In this document: one piece after another, positions 50,838 to 59,917 of the stretch
How the letters are laid out: every line of letters starts with the position of its first letter
Position numbering within the stretch: the first letter of the stretch is position 1
DNA from: a virus
IMG/VR virus record: IMGVR_UViG_3300044953_000352
Coordinates: 1 to 64,000 of that record
Length of the DNA stretch: 64,000 bases
Direction: 5' to 3' (one strand)
The notes under the pieces: model-generated
The model's database searches: none
The model's input: only the letters and a program-made list of their open reading frames with translations
Told to the model about the DNA's origin: nothing
Made by a program: the position numbers and the translations under genes

Positions 50838-51443
50838 ATGAAAGAATATACATCAGAAGAATTAATCGCATTTGAAGAAGATATTGCGAATGAATTCAAT
50901 TCATCAAAAATAAAAGCACCTATTCATTTATATAATGGAAATGAACAACAAATGATAAATGTGTTTAAAAATATTCAAGATAATAATTGGATATTTTGTA
51001 CATGGAGATCACATTATCAATGTTTATTAAAAGGTGTTCCTAAAGAACTTGTAAAACAAGATATATTAAATGGTAAATCTATTACTTTATGTTATCCTGA
51101 ATACAACATCTATTCGTCTGCGATTGTAGCAGGTAGTATTCCTATTGCAACAGGTATGGCATTAGATATAAAACGTAAAAATTTATCAAATAGAGTTTGG
51201 TGTTTTGTGGGTGATATGGCATCAGAAACTGGTACATTCTTTGAAAATTGGAAATATTCAGTAAATCATGATCTTCCTATAACATACGTTATAGAAAACA
51301 ATGGTAAGTCAGTGTGTACTGATACACTAAAAACGTGGAACTGTAATAATTTATATTTTGCAAATGAAACACGTAATATAATATATTACGAATATCAAAC
51401 TAAGTATCCACATGCGGGAGCAGGAAAAAGAATTCAATTTTAA
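50838..51443 (+). CDS. short TPP-dependent E1 alpha-like subunit
   Basis: PIHLYNGNE, WRSHY, SAIVAG, FVGDMASETG...IENN. Confidence 0.85.
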   Translation: MKEYTSEELIAFEEDIANEFNSSKIKAPIHLYNGNEQQMINVFKNIQDNNWIFCTWRSHYQCLLKGVPKELVKQDILNGKSITLCYPEYNIYSSAIVAGSIPIATGMALDIKRKNLSNRVWCFVGDMASETGTFFENWKYSVNHDLPITYVIENNGKSVCTDTLKTWNCNNLYFANETRNIIYYEYQTKYPHAGAGKRIQF

Positions 51444-51445
51444 TT

Positions 51446-51982
51446 ATGAAATACTTTGACGAACTTAAAAAATCGATGGATTGGTTGGCAGGAAAAGACG
51501 ATACCTTATTTTTAGGTCAAGCAGTAGAATATGCAGGAACTGCTATGACAAATACATTAAAAGATGTAGATAAAAAGAAGTTGTTAGAAATGCCAGTTAA
51601 TGAAGACATGCAAATGGGAATTTCTATTGGAATGGCTCTAAACAAAAGTGTTCCGATTTCTATTTTTCCAAGATGGAACTTTTTACTTCTTGCCGCAAAT
51701 CAAATTGTAAATCATTTGGACAAAGCGAAAATAATGTCATCTGGAGGATATAAACCAACGGTTATCATTAGAACATCTATAGGTTCACAACGCCCACTAC
51801 ATCCACAACATCAACATATATCAGATTTTACATCTGCTTTCAGAGCAATGTGTGATACAGTTGATATAATTCGTCTTGATGAACCACATCAAATTTTTGA
51901 ATCATTTCAATATGCATATGAAAGAAATGATGGAAGATCAACCATTTTAGTTGAATGGGGAGATTATTATAGTGAAAAATAA
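51446..51982 (+). CDS. E1 beta/transketolase pyrimidine-binding subunit lacking the C-terminal domain
   Basis: FLGQAV, EMPVNEDMQMG, NQIVNHLDK, HPQHQH. Confidence 0.8.
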   Translation: MKYFDELKKSMDWLAGKDDTLFLGQAVEYAGTAMTNTLKDVDKKKLLEMPVNEDMQMGISIGMALNKSVPISIFPRWNFLLLAANQIVNHLDKAKIMSSGGYKPTVIIRTSIGSQRPLHPQHQHISDFTSAFRAMCDTVDIIRLDEPHQIFESFQYAYERNDGRSTILVEWGDYYSEK

Positions 51983-51984
51983 GT

Positions 51985-52947
51985 ATGACAATTGTAAAAT
52001 CACCATTTCGAATATCCTTGTTTGGAGGAAGTACTGATTATAAAAAATTTTATCAGCAACATGGTTCTTTTTTAATAGGTACGACTATTAATAAATATTG
52101 TTATTTATCTATGAGATATCGTCCGTCGATACTCTCAAAACAATATTTGTGTACATATTCAAAGTATGAGTTGGTAAACAATGTCAACGAAATTCAAAAT
52201 CCACTAATAAGAGAAACTTTTAATTATTTTAATATAAATAAACCAGTTGAGTTTTTTTCTTTTTCTGATATACCGGCTCGTACTGGTTTAGGAGGATCTT
52301 CTTCATATTGTATAGGAATGGCATATTTGATTTGTAAATTAAATAATCTATCTTTATCAAACAAAGAAATTATTAAAACAGCTATTCACATTGAACGAAA
52401 TATATTAAAAGAAAGTGGAGGTATACAAGATCAAATTTGGCCATTTGCAAAAGGTCTAAATAGCATTGAAATTCAAAAAGATGGTGAATTTTATACAAAA
52501 CCTTTACCTGTTACAGAAGAATTTACAAATGAATTTGAAAAATCATTCACTTTAATATACACAGACGAACAAAGAACAACGGACAATATTGCTAAGTCAC
52601 ATGAAAGTGATATTGAAAATAAATTACAGATTTTAAAATTTGCAAAAGATGCATATAATTTATTTTTAAAAGAAGATATAAAGGGTATAGGAAATTTAGT
52701 TTATGAAAGTTGGTTATATAAAGATAGAATATCTCCTTTGATATCTAATTCAAAAATTAATAATATAATTAATGATGTAATGCAAATGGGTGCATATGGT
52801 ACAAAGTTATTAGGAAGTGGAGGATGTGGATTTGTATTGGTAATATCTGATCCTATAATAAAAAATAAAATAGAACAGAAATATAACGGATATGTATTGA
52901 ACGTTAATTTTGAAAAAACAGGTACGTCTGACATATTTAAAAGCTAA
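51985..52947 (+). CDS. GHMP sugar kinase (HddA-like)
   Basis: SPFRISLFGGSTD, DIPARTGLGGSS, GIQDQ, KLLGSGGCGF. Confidence 0.85.
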   Translation: MTIVKSPFRISLFGGSTDYKKFYQQHGSFLIGTTINKYCYLSMRYRPSILSKQYLCTYSKYELVNNVNEIQNPLIRETFNYFNINKPVEFFSFSDIPARTGLGGSSSYCIGMAYLICKLNNLSLSNKEIIKTAIHIERNILKESGGIQDQIWPFAKGLNSIEIQKDGEFYTKPLPVTEEFTNEFEKSFTLIYTDEQRTTDNIAKSHESDIENKLQILKFAKDAYNLFLKEDIKGIGNLVYESWLYKDRISPLISNSKINNIINDVMQMGAYGTKLLGSGGCGFVLVISDPIIKNKIEQKYNGYVLNVNFEKTGTSDIFKS

Positions 52948-52949
52948 GT

Positions 52950-53372
52950 ATGAAAATTGGAATTGTATCAGGTTATTTTAATCCACTACATGCAGGTCAC
53001 GTTGAATACATCAACGCTGCAAAAAAAGAATGTGATAAATTGATCGTTATTATCAATAGCGACTATCAAAGAAAATTAAAAGGAAGTAAAGAATTTATGG
53101 ACGAATCTCATAGATCTTTTATTGTAAATAATTTAAAATCTGTTGATGAAACTTTTATATCTATAGATCAAGATAAAACACAATGTAGTACATTAAGATA
53201 TTTTAGAGATTTGTATCCAAATGAAGAATTAAAGTTCATGAATAGTGGAGATAGAAAAGGTGAAAATTTAGTCACCGCTGAAAGTAATGTTTGCAAAGAA
53301 TTAAAAATACTTGAAATTATTCTAGATTTGCCTAAAATATACTCATCGAGTAAATTATTGAAAAAACTATAA
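52950..53372 (+). CDS. cytidylyltransferase-family (TagD/RfaE-like) nucleotidyltransferase
   Basis: SGYFNPLHAGH, INSD...KG, NSGDR, SSS. Confidence 0.85.
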   Translation: MKIGIVSGYFNPLHAGHVEYINAAKKECDKLIVIINSDYQRKLKGSKEFMDESHRSFIVNNLKSVDETFISIDQDKTQCSTLRYFRDLYPNEELKFMNSGDRKGENLVTAESNVCKELKILEIILDLPKIYSSSKLLKKL

Positions 53373-53377
53373 ATAAT

Positions 53378-54553
53378 ATGAATCACTTTTATTTACCTCT
53401 AATGGAGGACAACATCGATAAAGAAGACATTAAAAATTTAATAAATTTTCTTTCAAGTCCAAATATACCAAAATTAACAAATGGTCCTAAAGTTGTTGAA
53501 TTTGAAAATGCATGGGGCAATTGGTTAGGAACAAAATATAACTTGATGGTCAATAGCGGAGCGTCTGCTAATGAATTAACTATTCTTGCATTAAATGAAA
53601 TGTATGAAGATGGAGATATTATAATACCTCCGTTGACATGGATTTCAGATGTATCTTCTGTTATTTTTAGTAAATTTAATCCAGTATTTTGTGATATAAA
53701 TTTAAAAAATTTATCGTTTGATTTGAACCGTCTTAAAAAATTAATCACACCAAAAACACGAGCAATTTTTCTAACCCATGTATTAGGTATTAATGGATTG
53801 ACAGATGAACTACTTGATCTTTGTAAACGAAATAACATTCACTTGATAGAAGATGTATGTGAATCACACGGAACAACTTTCAAAGGTAAAAAGGTAGGAT
53901 CATATGGATTTGTAAGTAATTTTAGTTTTTATTTTGCCCACCATATGTCTACAATTGAAGGTGGTATGATTTGTACTGATGATGAAAGATTTTATCAAAT
54001 TTGTAGAGCATTGAGATCGCATGGAATGATTAGAGAAATGACTAATGAATCCATGAAAAATGAAATCATTAATCAACATCCTGATCTTAATAAAGATTTT
54101 ATATTTTTGCGTCCGTCTCATAATTTTAGAAGTACAGAAATCAATGCAGTGATTGGTCTTTCTCAATTACCAAAATTAGATAGTAATAATAAAAAGAGAA
54201 TTGATAATTACAATTACTTCATGAGTAAATTAGATTCTTCAAAGTATATTACAGATCTAAATTTAGAGGGACAGTGCAATTATGCGTTTACCGTTATTTT
54301 GAAAGAACCTTCGATGGTTACTAGACTAAATATAGAATTACGCTTAAAAGAAGCAAAAATTGAATTTAGAAGAGGAATGTCAGGTGGTGGAAACCAACTT
54401 CGTCAACCATATATCAAAAAATACTTTAAGATTGATTATAATGAATTTCCAAACGTAGAACATGTACACGATTTTAGTTGGTATATAGGAAATTATCCTA
54501 GCTTACAATTTGAGAAAATTGATACTCTAATTAACGTATTAAATAAAATATAA
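53378..54553 (+). CDS. DegT/DnrJ-family PLP enzyme, ColD-like 3-dehydratase
   Basis: NSGASAN, THVLG, EDVCESHG, SFYFAHHMSTIEGG (His at the Schiff-base Lys position), RSHG. Confidence 0.8.
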   Translation: MNHFYLPLMEDNIDKEDIKNLINFLSSPNIPKLTNGPKVVEFENAWGNWLGTKYNLMVNSGASANELTILALNEMYEDGDIIIPPLTWISDVSSVIFSKFNPVFCDINLKNLSFDLNRLKKLITPKTRAIFLTHVLGINGLTDELLDLCKRNNIHLIEDVCESHGTTFKGKKVGSYGFVSNFSFYFAHHMSTIEGGMICTDDERFYQICRALRSHGMIREMTNESMKNEIINQHPDLNKDFIFLRPSHNFRSTEINAVIGLSQLPKLDSNNKKRIDNYNYFMSKLDSSKYITDLNLEGQCNYAFTVILKEPSMVTRLNIELRLKEAKIEFRRGMSGGGNQLRQPYIKKYFKIDYNEFPNVEHVHDFSWYIGNYPSLQFEKIDTLINVLNKI

Positions 54554-54555
54554 TT

Positions 54556-56223
54556 ATGGCTAAAAAAATAGTACCTTCTTTAGGAGAAGTAGAATTAACA
54601 CAAGATTTCTCAAGTGATGCATTTGAATTTCTTCATCAGAACTTTAAAAAACTAATACCAAAAAATACTGTGGTATTAGATATTGGAGCGCATATAGGAA
54701 TATTTTCTGTTATTTTTGGTTCTTGTGCAAGTAAAGTTATATCATTTGAACCGAATCCTAATATTTTCAATAAATTATCAGAGAACGCATCAAAAAATAA
54801 ACAATTAAATATTATTCCATATCCATATGCATGTACGTCTGAAAATAAAAAATACACATTTAATTACAGTGATTATAATGTATACAAAGATGGTACAAAT
54901 GGTGGATTTTTAAGTAATTTACAAAGAACAGACTTTTTACAAATACATCCTTCTCAAGTAGAAGTTGATGGTGTTAATTTAGTTGATTTTTTAACTAATA
55001 ATCATAAATCAGACATCGATAATATTAAATTTATAAAAATTGATACTGAAGGATATGATAAAGAAGTGATAAAAACTCTTTATCCTATTATTAATAAAAA
55101 TAGACCTCTTTTAATGACAGAAGCCTTTAAATATTTAACCGAAGCTGAATTAGAAGACTATTATAATACTATTAATAATTTAAATTATTCTATATATGAT
55201 ATTTCTCCATTAGACAATATTAATGATTGTGCTGGACCATTAGATACAAATGAATTTAAATATTTTACTGTAAAAATATGTGATAATGGAAATTTTTTGT
55301 GCGTTCCAAATGAAAAAGTTAAACAATATAACTTGCCCGAAATAGTTCGTAATAAAACTGCGGTTGTAGTATTTGGAAGAAACGATGGATATAAAGAACC
55401 TGAACGTTTCTATGTTCATATAAAAACAATGTTAGATACATTCGATGAAGTTATTTACGTTGATTGGAATTCAGACAAACAAAGTTTCTTATATGAAATA
55501 AAAGACAAACTTCCAAAAACTAATAGACTAAAACATATTGTTATTCCTCCCACCGCAGCTAATCAATTAGTCAATTTTGATTCTAAAGCTCAGGTATGTA
55601 ATTCAGTGTTGTCATTTAATATTGGTATTCGTAGAATTGACGCAGAATACATAGTACTAGCAACAACTGATATTATACCTCCTTCAAAAGAAACTCTACA
55701 ACAGTTCATAAACAAAACTAATAAATACTCATTTTATACACTTAGTAGAAGAGATATAGAATATAAAGACGTTATTGACAATATTAATAACTTAGAAGCG
55801 TATAGAAAACATTTGGATTTAACTGTTCCTCCACGTTATTTTCCGGCTAAAGTAACTCCTAATGATAATTATAGTCTATTTAATTGTTGCGGAGATTTTC
55901 AATTTGCAACAAAAAATATATGGCTAAAAATTAGAGGATATGAAGAAGAAATGTTATATGCATGTTTTTGTGATACAAATGTACAAAAAAAGGCAGTTCT
56001 ATATGGATTTCAATTAGTACCTGTTTATGATGTTCCTTTATATCACATGAGTCATACAGGCATGGCTAACGATGGAACATCTCCTAGTAAACAGTACTAT
56101 AATGATGCTATGAAGTGGGTTGAATATTTTGATAAATATCAATTACACGGTCATATTATGTATTCTAGAAATAATGAAACTTGGGGATTTTCAGACATAG
56201 AAATTGAGCATGAAATTATATGA
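54556..56223 (+). CDS. FkbM methyltransferase fused to a GT-A-like domain
   Basis: LDIGAHIG, FEPNP, IKIDTEGYD; then GRNDGY, VDWNS, NIGIRR, TTDII, CCGDFQ, GYEE. Confidence 0.8.
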   Translation: MAKKIVPSLGEVELTQDFSSDAFEFLHQNFKKLIPKNTVVLDIGAHIGIFSVIFGSCASKVISFEPNPNIFNKLSENASKNKQLNIIPYPYACTSENKKYTFNYSDYNVYKDGTNGGFLSNLQRTDFLQIHPSQVEVDGVNLVDFLTNNHKSDIDNIKFIKIDTEGYDKEVIKTLYPIINKNRPLLMTEAFKYLTEAELEDYYNTINNLNYSIYDISPLDNINDCAGPLDTNEFKYFTVKICDNGNFLCVPNEKVKQYNLPEIVRNKTAVVVFGRNDGYKEPERFYVHIKTMLDTFDEVIYVDWNSDKQSFLYEIKDKLPKTNRLKHIVIPPTAANQLVNFDSKAQVCNSVLSFNIGIRRIDAEYIVLATTDIIPPSKETLQQFINKTNKYSFYTLSRRDIEYKDVIDNINNLEAYRKHLDLTVPPRYFPAKVTPNDNYSLFNCCGDFQFATKNIWLKIRGYEEEMLYACFCDTNVQKKAVLYGFQLVPVYDVPLYHMSHTGMANDGTSPSKQYYNDAMKWVEYFDKYQLHGHIMYSRNNETWGFSDIEIEHEII

Positions 56224-57419
56224 AAAATGTTATTATTGTTGGTGGAGGAATAGTAGGATTAGCTACTGCATATAAACTATCATGTAAATATAATGATATA
56301 CAAATTATTGTACTTGAAAAAGAAAATGAGGTAGGTTTGCACCAAACTACTCATAACAGTGGTGTATTACACTGTGGTTTATATTATAAACCCGGTTCAC
56401 TAAAAGCAAAATTAGCTGTTGACGGTATTAAGCAAATGACATCGTTTTGCAAACAATATAATATTCCACATGAAATATGCGGAAAATTAGTTGTAGCAAC
56501 AAATGAAATAGAACATTCAAGACTTAAAGATTTGTATAAAAGAGGCATTGAAAATGGTTTAGAAGGATTAAAATATTTAGATAATAAAGAAGAAATACAA
56601 AAAATAGAACCATATGTAACAAATGCAATTGCCGCTATACATGTTCCACAAGAAGGAATAGTAGACTATAAAGCAGTAATAAATAAATTAAAATTATTAA
56701 TTTTAAAAAAAGGACATTTAATTCTTTGTAATAGTAAAGTTAATTATATATGCAATAAAACCAATACCGTTTCTGTTAAATCTCCACTACAAGAAGAAAC
56801 TTATGCATATGATTATTTGATAAATTGCACAGGGTTATATAGTGATGTCATTTCCAAATTAACAACTACAGTTTCATCAAAAATAGTTCCTTTTCGAGGA
56901 GAATATTATAAACTTAAAAAAGAATCTGAACACCTCGTTAATAATTTAATATATCCTGTTCCAGATCCATCTTTTCCATTTTTAGGTGTTCATTTTACAA
57001 GATTAATACATGGAGGAATAGAAGCAGGGCCAAATGCTGTATTAGCGTTTTCTAGAGAAGGATATAAACTTTATAATATAAACTTACTTGAAATGCTTGA
57101 TTATTTGTGTTTTCGAGGATTTTGGAAATTTATATGGAAACATAAATCTATGTGTTGGAAAGAATTCTGGCAATCTTTAAGCAAAAAACGTCTTTGTAAA
57201 TCGTTACAAAAATTGATACCTTCAATAACAGAAAATGATTTGATGCCGGGAGGATCTGGAGTCAGAGCACAAGCTATGAGTATAGATGGTAATTTAATTC
57301 AAGATTTTGAAATTCATATTGTAAATAACAATATATGTAACGTTTTAAACGCTCCTAGTCCCGCTGCAACTGCATCACTATCTATCGCAGATATTATATT
57401 AAATAAGATAAATTTATGA
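56220..57419 (+). CDS. lhgO: L-2-hydroxyglutarate oxidase-like FAD oxidoreductase
   Basis: GGGIVGLA, HQTTHNSGVLHCGLYY.PGSLKA, PFRGEYY, YPVPDP.FPFLGVH, GVRAQA, NAPSPAATAS. Confidence 0.9.
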   Translation: MKNVIIVGGGIVGLATAYKLSCKYNDIQIIVLEKENEVGLHQTTHNSGVLHCGLYYKPGSLKAKLAVDGIKQMTSFCKQYNIPHEICGKLVVATNEIEHSRLKDLYKRGIENGLEGLKYLDNKEEIQKIEPYVTNAIAAIHVPQEGIVDYKAVINKLKLLILKKGHLILCNSKVNYICNKTNTVSVKSPLQEETYAYDYLINCTGLYSDVISKLTTTVSSKIVPFRGEYYKLKKESEHLVNNLIYPVPDPSFPFLGVHFTRLIHGGIEAGPNAVLAFSREGYKLYNINLLEMLDYLCFRGFWKFIWKHKSMCWKEFWQSLSKKRLCKSLQKLIPSITENDLMPGGSGVRAQAMSIDGNLIQDFEIHIVNNNICNVLNAPSPAATASLSIADIILNKINL

Positions 57420-57745
57420 TCAATTTAATTTTCTTAATAACTTCAATATTAATAGTTTGGTTTAATACAGAAGCATTTATTGAATATATGCAACTATTTA
57501 AACTTAATTTTTTTAAGATAAAAGAATATAATATTGAAAAAGAAAAAGATTGTACAATTGATTATCATTTATATTTAAAATTGCATCATAATAATTTTTT
57601 TACTAGATTGATTACATGTCCAATTTGTACATCTTTTTGGCTATCTCTAGTTGGAAGTATTTTATTTTCAATCAATTTATTAAATTTTGGAATTATATTT
57701 ATATGCAGTCTATTACTATATTTTGCGTTTAATAAATTATTATGA
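57416..57745 (+). CDS. small membrane protein, DUF1360-like
   Basis: Hydrophobic segments and RLITCPICTSFWLS. Confidence 0.55.
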   Translation: MINLIFLITSILIVWFNTEAFIEYMQLFKLNFFKIKEYNIEKEKDCTIDYHLYLKLHHNNFFTRLITCPICTSFWLSLVGSILFSINLLNFGIIFICSLLLYFAFNKLL

Positions 57746-58032
57746 GAATAAATAGCTTTGGAGAATTTAATTTTTATGTAAGAACAAAACATTTAGAAAG
57801 ATTACATCCTTCTATAGCTAATTTTTGTCAGTGTGTAAGTCGTTATCAACTACTATGTAACTGTCAAAGAAATGAAAAACAAAAAAAAGGAGTTGAATGT
57901 AACGCGCAATATATTGAAATTGTAAATTCAATTCTACCCGCTGTTAAAAGTCAACTCTTTTCAGATATACAAGAACATTCCATTGAATTTTATAACAATG
58001 GAACACATCTTATTAATGTATTAACAAGATAA
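57742..58032 (+). CDS. hypothetical protein
   Basis: 96 aa Cys-containing ORF, ATGA overlap. Confidence 0.6.
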   Translation: MRINSFGEFNFYVRTKHLERLHPSIANFCQCVSRYQLLCNCQRNEKQKKGVECNAQYIEIVNSILPAVKSQLFSDIQEHSIEFYNNGTHLINVLTR

Positions 58033-58728
58033 TACTTTTTTAAGTTTATCACTTTCTATACAATTACTTACTACACTATTAAAATATTCATTCTTTAATA
58101 GCTCTTCATATTGAATTGATTTACCATCACTTACATCTTCCCATTGTATCAAATAGTCTGCTTTTTTTCTTAACTTTGGATCGTTTAACATTTCATGTGA
58201 GTTGGCTGGATCAGTAAATATTTTTATACCATTATTTCCTTTTACTTTGATAATACGACCATTAGATGGAAATCCATAAGTAAATTTACCTACATGTATT
58301 AGTATACCATTCTTTTCTCTTTGAATCCAATTTACTTCATCATTCGGATAAAAATCATATCGAATATCGCTAACAATAGCCACATCAATAGGTGGAGTAC
58401 CCCATGCAAATTCCTTTTCTATAGTTAGATTAAGTTTATTGATCCAATATCTTCCTTCAGATTGTTTTCGTTTTGCATCTCCATACCAAACTAACATATC
58501 TCTAAATATAGATTTTTCTTCCGTTTTATCGGTAAAAACATCCAAATTAAATTTATCACGAATAAATTGTCTACAATCTTCTTTGAGTTCAGTTGCTAGT
58601 GCAAAATGTTTTGCATGTAAATTATATTTTGATTTCAATTGTTTGACAAGAAGATCACAAAATAAATTTTTACCAGATCTAGCAACACCCGCAACTCCAA
58701 TGTATATTTCTTTATTCATATTTATCAC
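58021..58728 (-). CDS. deoxynucleoside monophosphate kinase (T4 gp1-like)
   Basis: GVAGVARSGKN, FALATELK, RDMLVWYG, VSDIRY, NEVNWI. Confidence 0.8.
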   Translation of the reverse strand: MINMNKEIYIGVAGVARSGKNLFCDLLVKQLKSKYNLHAKHFALATELKEDCRQFIRDKFNLDVFTDKTEEKSIFRDMLVWYGDAKRKQSEGRYWINKLNLTIEKEFAWGTPPIDVAIVSDIRYDFYPNDEVNWIQREKNGILIHVGKFTYGFPSNGRIIKVKGNNGIKIFTDPANSHEMLNDPKLRKKADYLIQWEDVSDGKSIQYEELLKNEYFNSVVSNCIESDKLKKVLSC

Positions 58729-59236
58729 TTAATAACTTTTCCACTTCCTTTTCTGAGTATCCATATTTTTCACATAAAATAGCTAACTGTTGTAAATTAG
58801 CCTCGTTATGAAAATAAATTGTACAATACTCGTACGCTTCATCTTTACTAATCTTGTAGTGATTTGTAACAATTTCTATTAACTGTTTATTATACTTCGC
58901 CGCACTAGATTTAATCCATTTACTGAATTTCTTTCCTAATGGAGTCAAATCACAACACACTTTGTAAAAGGCTTCATTTGAAAGTATATCAAAATATTTA
59001 GATAAATATGCCAAGTTTGGTAATGCGGTTACATCCATACTGAGTCCCATCAGAATTACATATTTATTGAATGTTTTTTTATCTTGTTCAGAAAGATTGC
59101 GATAATAATTTGGATCTTTTACTTCTCTGATGTGAGAAATATGATCAAAAAGAGTTTTTGTTTTAATCGCTGATGTTATCTTCTCCTTCATCAAATTTTT
59201 TGAATCTGATTTTTGGATCTTTGTGTTTTTTGGCAT
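58712..59236 (-). CDS. clamp loader small subunit (T4 gp62-like)
   Basis: LFDHI...FNKYVILMGLSMD...KKFSKWIK...HYKISKDEAYEY. Confidence 0.7.
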   Translation of the reverse strand: MPKNTKIQKSDSKNLMKEKITSAIKTKTLFDHISHIREVKDPNYYRNLSEQDKKTFNKYVILMGLSMDVTALPNLAYLSKYFDILSNEAFYKVCCDLTPLGKKFSKWIKSSAAKYNKQLIEIVTNHYKISKDEAYEYCTIYFHNEANLQQLAILCEKYGYSEKEVEKLLSDKYE

Positions 59237-59510
59237 AAAAATTATTTACTCTTACTCGCAACGCATTTATCAACGATATTAGCAGACGTTGATTGTCTGC
59301 TAAAGTTTTTATATCAACTGTCATTTTTTTATTCTTGTCCTCTGTTTGCTTTTGTAAAGAATCTATTTTTGTATTTAAATCTTTTATATTATTAAATATA
59401 TTTATGGTTAAATATATTAATACTGCACATAGCAGAGGCACCGCATATTTCGCAAAGAAAAAAGCTATAGCAAATACTATAGCTCCAAACAAATAACTTT
59501 TAATATTCAT
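59163..59510 (-). CDS. membrane-anchored coiled-coil hypothetical protein
   Basis: Two N-terminal hydrophobic stretches followed by a coiled coil. Confidence 0.55.
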   Translation of the reverse strand: MNIKSYLFGAIVFAIAFFFAKYAVPLLCAVLIYLTINIFNNIKDLNTKIDSLQKQTEDKNKKMTVDIKTLADNQRLLISLINALRVRVNNFYAKKHKDPKIRFKKFDEGEDNISD

Positions 59511-59637
59511 TATCTATTTCTTCTACAGTAATAATCTTCTTTTCTCTTTTCTTCTGATGTTTCAACTTCTTCGGAACATCTTTTGTTTTCTTAGAATTAA
59601 ATTTAAAATCAGAATTACGACGATACGTTTTTCCCAT
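59500..59637 (-). CDS. small basic protein, 45 aa (not in ORF track)
   Basis: MGKTYRRNSDFKFNSKKTKDVPKKLKHQKKREKKIITVEEIDNEY; fills the gap between neighbours. Confidence 0.55.
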   Translation of the reverse strand: MGKTYRRNSDFKFNSKKTKDVPKKLKHQKKREKKIITVEEIDNEY

Positions 59638-59641
59638 ATAA

Positions 59642-59857
59642 TTATCCAGTGATCACTTTTGACTTTTCAAGAACATTCTTGATTACATTAATTTGACGAC
59701 CAGTCAACTTAAGTTTTCCATTCGCAGTTTCAATAGTCATATACTTGGCTTTTTTTGCATGAGGCAATGCCGCACTAAGTGTGACTTGAATATTCTTGTT
59801 ATTATTTTTAATAAGATAAGTTCTATTATTTGCTTTTGTATTTTTTATTGTTTTCAT
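59642..59857 (-). CDS. hypothetical basic protein
   Basis: 71 aa ORF downstream of a sigma70-like promoter. Confidence 0.6.
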   Translation of the reverse strand: MKTIKNTKANNRTYLIKNNNKNIQVTLSAALPHAKKAKYMTIETANGKLKLTGRQINVIKNVLEKSKVITG

Positions 59858-59882
59858 ATGTTTATTATTTAAGTTTCAATAT

Positions 59883-59911
59883 ATGATATACTATCAATCG
59901 TTAGATTGCAA
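59883..59911 (-). promoter_or_regulatory. sigma70-like promoter
   Basis: TTGCAA-N17-TATCAT. Confidence 0.5.
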
Positions 59912-59917
59912 GTTTTT

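Noticed and set aside
50838-51982. Pyruvate dehydrogenase as an auxiliary metabolic gene
   Set aside because: Subunits are truncated, E2/E3 are absent and the context is sugar biosynthesis.
32346-57419. Bacterial chromosomal O-antigen locus
   Set aside because: Flanked by and interleaved with T4-like replication genes and dUTPase; no wzx/wzy/wzm/wzt or housekeeping genes.
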